Part shown: piece by piece, positions 60,243 through 64,000 of the stretch
Layout: each line of letters begins with the position of its first letter
Numbering within the stretch: the stretch's first letter is position 1
Assembly: GCA_963804165.1 (NCBI GenBank)
Contig: CAWDPO010000043.1
Coordinates: forward strand, 288,001-352,000
Source of the DNA: an uncultured delta proteobacterium
GTDB taxonomy: Bacteria; Desulfobacterota; Binatia; UBA9968
Length of the DNA: 64,000 bases
Direction of reading: 5' to 3'
Program-made: the position numbers and the translations under genes
The notes under the pieces: generated by a model
What the model was told of the DNA's origin: nothing
The model's input: the letters and a program-made list of their open reading frames with translations, nothing else
The model's database searches: none

Positions 60243-61709
60243 CTACTTCAACAGGTAGCCGAACTTTTCCCGCGCTTTGCGCACGATTTCCTGGCTCGGC
60301 GCGTTGACCTTGGGAAACTTGTCGCGCCATTCATAAGGCCGCGTGGCGTCGATCACCATGCGCGAGTTGGTGAAGTCGCGCATCTTGCGCTGCTCGGGAG
60401 TAAGCCGCGGATCGGCCGGCGTGCTGCGCATGCGCCGGAGAATATCCACGGAGGTCGCCGGATCGTAGCGCGACAGCATCGCCCACATGAGCTGATCGAG
60501 ATTCGACACGTCGACGTCGTCGTCGACGACAATCACCATCTTGCAGCCGTACACGCTCGCGCCGCAGCTCGCCGCGAGCACGCCGACTTGCTTGGCATGA
60601 CCGGCATAACGCTGCTTGATCGCGAGCGCGATCAGCATGCGCGAGGCGCCGATCTCGTGCGACCAAACTTGCGTCACGTCCGGGACGCCGGCGCTTTGCA
60701 ATTGCTGCTTGAGCATCGCCGAGCGCATGATCGCGCGATAACGCGCCATCTCGTCGGAGCCGCCGCCGATCGGCGGCACGCCGAGAATGACCGGGTCGTT
60801 GCGATGATAAATCGCTTCGATTTCTAGAACCGGCTGGGCGCTCTCGTCGGAAGCGTAGTAACCGGTCCACTCGCCGAATGGACCTTCGAATTTCCGATTA
60901 TCGTTGTTCAAGAATCCTTCGAAGACGATCTCGGCGTTGGCGGGAAAAGGCAGGCCGGTGATCTTTCCGCGCACGCATTCGACCGCCTTCCGGCGCATAC
61001 CGCCGACGATGTCGTATTCACACAAGCCGTAAGGTTGCTCGGTCCCGGCCATGAAGAAAAACAGCGGGTCGCTGCCGATCACCAGCGCCAGTGGCATTTT
61101 CTCGCCGCGTTTGAAGTATTTTTCCCGATGCATATAGCCGTGCTTGCCGGGAACCATGAGCAGGCTCACACTTTTTTTGTCCTGGATCATGGCGCGATAG
61201 CAGCCGGCGTTGATCCATTTTTCGTCCGGATCCATCGTCACCGAAAAGCAGCCGGTGCCGATATAGCGGCCACCGTCGTTCACGTGCCACATCGGCGTCG
61301 GAAATTTCAGAATATCGATATCGTCGCCCTTGAGTACATTTTCGAAGATCGGCCCGTCGTCGACGAACACCGGTGGAATATGTTTGGGATCTTTTTGATA
61401 GTGCGTAAAATAGGCGTCGCTCAATTCTTGTTTGGTGAGACCTTGAGGAAAACCGAGGGTCATCGCGCGCCGCTTGCCGGCGAAACAATTGATCAACAGA
61501 CGAAATCCCTTCGGGCAGCCCGGCACCTCGTCGAATAACACCGCCGGCCCATCGTCGGGCGGAACCACAACATCCGTCGCCAAGCCGATATCCTCCTGCC
61601 AGGACGCGCCGAGAACGGTTTTCAGCTCGCCGAGCTTCTCCGCTTCGGCCATCCACTCACGCAAATCAGTAAACGAAATATGGGGTTGGATCTGTGAACT
61701 ATCGAACAT
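60243..61709 (-). CDS. UbiD family (de)carboxylase
   Basis: DGGRYIGT, INAGCYR, EGPFGEWTGYY, VVDDDVD, IDATRP. Confidence 0.95.
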   Translation of the reverse strand: MFDSSQIQPHISFTDLREWMAEAEKLGELKTVLGASWQEDIGLATDVVVPPDDGPAVLFDEVPGCPKGFRLLINCFAGKRRAMTLGFPQGLTKQELSDAYFTHYQKDPKHIPPVFVDDGPIFENVLKGDDIDILKFPTPMWHVNDGGRYIGTGCFSVTMDPDEKWINAGCYRAMIQDKKSVSLLMVPGKHGYMHREKYFKRGEKMPLALVIGSDPLFFFMAGTEQPYGLCEYDIVGGMRRKAVECVRGKITGLPFPANAEIVFEGFLNNDNRKFEGPFGEWTGYYASDESAQPVLEIEAIYHRNDPVILGVPPIGGGSDEMARYRAIMRSAMLKQQLQSAGVPDVTQVWSHEIGASRMLIALAIKQRYAGHAKQVGVLAASCGASVYGCKMVIVVDDDVDVSNLDQLMWAMLSRYDPATSVDILRRMRSTPADPRLTPEQRKMRDFTNSRMVIDATRPYEWRDKFPKVNAPSQEIVRKAREKFGYLLK

Positions 61710-61913
61710 GGCCTCTCCTTATCCTCGTGTCTGGGCGTCAAGCCTACCACAAAGGGCAGGCCCAGGAAAATTCACATATCGCCGGGAAATATAGAGCCAA
61801 ACACAATAGTACAACCTCTTAAAATCCGCCACGATCACTGATACTGTAACCCGGTTGAAGAAAGAGTCATCAGCAAAATGAAGCATCACGAGAACACACT
61901 TGGAGGTAAGTCT

Positions 61914-62978
61914 ATGCGGTTCAGGGCCAAATCGTTGGCGATCATCACACTCACGATTGGATTCAGTTGCGCGGTGGGCTTTCCAAATGCGGTGTTTTCC
62001 CAGGCACCCTATTACCAAGGCAAAACGATCACGATTATTCGCGGCGGAGAGCCCGGCGGCTCTGGAGATATGCAAGCAAGAGCGCTCATTCCGCTCTTGA
62101 AAAAATACATTGCGGGCAATCCAACGATTATCATTGAAAACATGCCCGGCGCCGCCGGCATGAAAGCGGTCAACCACATCTACGCGACGGCAAAGCCCGA
62201 TGGCCTCAGTATCACCGCTGTCGGGTCGGGCTTGGCCTCGGGGGCAATCCTCGGCTTGACAGGAGCAAGATACGATATCGATAAGCTGATCTACTTGGGC
62301 TCCACCGAGCATGGCGATCCCTACGTATTTTTGAGCCGCAAAGGGGCGGGCTTCGATACCTTGGAAAAATTGCGCGCCGCCTCAGGAGTAAAAATAGCCG
62401 CCCAGACTGTCGGCCACGCGGTTTATGTCAGCGGGCGCATATTCACTTATCTCTTGGGCCTCAAAGATCCCAAGATCATCGTCGGTTTTGGCGGTGTGGA
62501 AATGGACGCGGCATTGGCTCGAGGTGAGATCGATGCCCGCGCCAACAGCGCCGATACGGTGGTCCGCCGAAACGCGGACGCGCTCGCTAAAGGCGAGCTC
62601 AATATTCACGCCACCCTGACAATTCCCAAGGGCAAATTTCATCCACGCTTCGCCAACGTTCCTGACGCGGACTCCCTGGCAAAGAATGACAAGGAGCGCC
62701 AGTTGATCAGTTTGTTCCGTGAATTCATGTATCCGCGCTGGCCCTATGTTCTTCCCCCGGCTACGCCGCCGGAGATCGTCAAGACCCTCCGCGAAGCGAT
62801 GAGCAAGTCGTTTAAGGATCCGGCCTTCGCCCAGGAATTCAAGAAACTGATGGGCGGCGAGCCCTCGCCTCTCACCGGAGAAGAGGTCGAGGCATCGATC
62901 CGCCAACTCCCGCGCGACCCCGAAGTGGTCGGACTGTACAAGAAGATAGCCGAACATGGCCCCCTGCCGCCTCGTTAA
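61914..62978 (+). CDS. TctC/Bug substrate-binding protein
   Basis: YYQGKTIT, PGGSGD, NMPGAAG, KPDGL; paralog of 5624-6694. Confidence 0.9.
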   Translation: MRFRAKSLAIITLTIGFSCAVGFPNAVFSQAPYYQGKTITIIRGGEPGGSGDMQARALIPLLKKYIAGNPTIIIENMPGAAGMKAVNHIYATAKPDGLSITAVGSGLASGAILGLTGARYDIDKLIYLGSTEHGDPYVFLSRKGAGFDTLEKLRAASGVKIAAQTVGHAVYVSGRIFTYLLGLKDPKIIVGFGGVEMDAALARGEIDARANSADTVVRRNADALAKGELNIHATLTIPKGKFHPRFANVPDADSLAKNDKERQLISLFREFMYPRWPYVLPPATPPEIVKTLREAMSKSFKDPAFAQEFKKLMGGEPSPLTGEEVEASIRQLPRDPEVVGLYKKIAEHGPLPPR

Positions 62979-63082
62979 GTGTTCGCCGGCTGCGACAGGT
63001 TATGCGCTTGATCCACTAAGGCGCTCGCGTACAATGAATCGTGCTGTTAACCGTGCCGATAATCTGGAAAGAGGATTGAATT

Positions 63083-64000
63083 ATGATCGTTGACGCCGAT
63101 GCCCACGTTGTTGAATCCGAGCACACGTGGGACTTTTTGGACGCCTCCGAGAAAAAATTCCGCCCGCAGCTTTTCAGCTCCACCGACAATCCCAACATGC
63201 AGTATTGGTTCGTCGAGGGAAAATCCATCGGTTTCCGCCCGCCGACGTTGACCGAACAGGAACTGATCGCCCTTTCCAAGCAAACCGGACGCGAGCTCCA
63301 AACCGCGCCCGAGGCGCGCGAGCTGCGCGACGTCGAGTTGCGCTTGCAGCACATGAACAAGCTCGGCATCGACGTGCAGATCCTTTTCAACACCATGTGG
63401 ATCGCGCGCGTCGCCGACAAAGCCGACGCGGAAATCGCGCTGTGCAAGTCGTGGAACCGCTGGATGGCGGAAGTGTGGAAGCAAGGCAACAATCGGTTAC
63501 GCTGGTCGTGCGTCGTGCCGGCGATGACGCTGAGCGAAGCGATCGAGCAAATGCGCTACGCCAAGGAGAACGGCGCAGTGGCGGTGAGCCTGCGTCCGTT
63601 CGAAGATGACAGGCACCTGGTCGATCCTTACTTCTACCCGATTTACGAAGAAGCGACGCGGTTGAATCTCGCCGTGGCCGTGCACATCGCCAACGGCAGT
63701 CCGCAACTCATGGACCAGTTCAAGCCGCGCTACGATCGCATGGGCGGCTTCGCGCAGTTTCGCATCCCGACCGTCATCACCTGTCTGTCCCTCATGATGA
63801 GCGACGTGCCGCAGACCTTTCCCAAACTCCGTTGGGCCTTCGTCGAAGCTTCCGCTCAGTGGGTGCCGTGGGTGGTCAAGGAAGCGATCCGCCGCACCGG
63901 AACCAAAGGCTTTCCCAAACTGCCGTTCAAAGAGTTCAATATTTACGTCACGACGGAAACCAACGACGACTTCGAATACGTGCTGCGCTACGCCGGCGAA
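63083..64000 (+). CDS. Amidohydrolase_2 family protein, truncated by the window end
   Basis: MIVDADAHVVE, RLQHMNKLGIDVQILF, AFVEASAQW. Confidence 0.88.
   Translation, partial: MIVDADAHVVESEHTWDFLDASEKKFRPQLFSSTDNPNMQYWFVEGKSIGFRPPTLTEQELIALSKQTGRELQTAPEARELRDVELRLQHMNKLGIDVQILFNTMWIARVADKADAEIALCKSWNRWMAEVWKQGNNRLRWSCVVPAMTLSEAIEQMRYAKENGAVAVSLRPFEDDRHLVDPYFYPIYEEATRLNLAVAVHIANGSPQLMDQFKPRYDRMGGFAQFRIPTVITCLSLMMSDVPQTFPKLRWAFVEASAQWVPWVVKEAIRRTGTKGFPKLPFKEFNIYVTTETNDDFEYVLRYAGE

Noticed and set aside
60243-61709. UbiD without adjacent UbiX as a novelty
   Set aside because: UbiX is commonly encoded elsewhere and shared among UbiD paralogs
1-64000. tRNA, rRNA or riboswitch
   Set aside because: No cloverleaf, rRNA signature or riboswitch consensus recognised by eye; an Infernal/Rfam scan would be needed to exclude them

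Overview
High-GC bacterial DNA with about 55 genes, dominated by catabolism and solute uptake. The gene content (many orphan solute-binding proteins, TctC/Bug receptors, amidohydrolases, UbiD, Rieske, hydantoinase) and the intergenic repeats resemble uncultured Candidatus Binatia-type genomes; this taxonomy is an inference. Single-base frameshifts cluster at about 0.9-11.7 kb and 41-57 kb and are most likely long-read consensus errors. Main content: (1) two tandem lipoprotein SAM-methyltransferase-fold genes; (2) an NRPS-like gene with adenylation, PCP and PaaK-type ligase domains, no C or TE domain, and an A domain lacking the amino-acid-binding Asp; (3) a SWIM-SNF2 helicase; (4) an 18-kb co-oriented aromatic/N-compound catabolic island with IclR and FadR-type regulators whose candidate operators are visible; (5) a hydantoinase/oxoprolinase cluster with one A and two B subunits; (6) several enzymes with altered catalytic residues (Cys-less maleate-isomerase fold, M24 pair without metal ligands, divergent 3-hydroxyanthranilate dioxygenase). 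The intergenic DNA holds a nested system of MITE-like and REP-like elements, and short-period tandem repeats that also enter signal-peptide coding regions. I recognised no rRNA, tRNA, CRISPR array or transposase gene.
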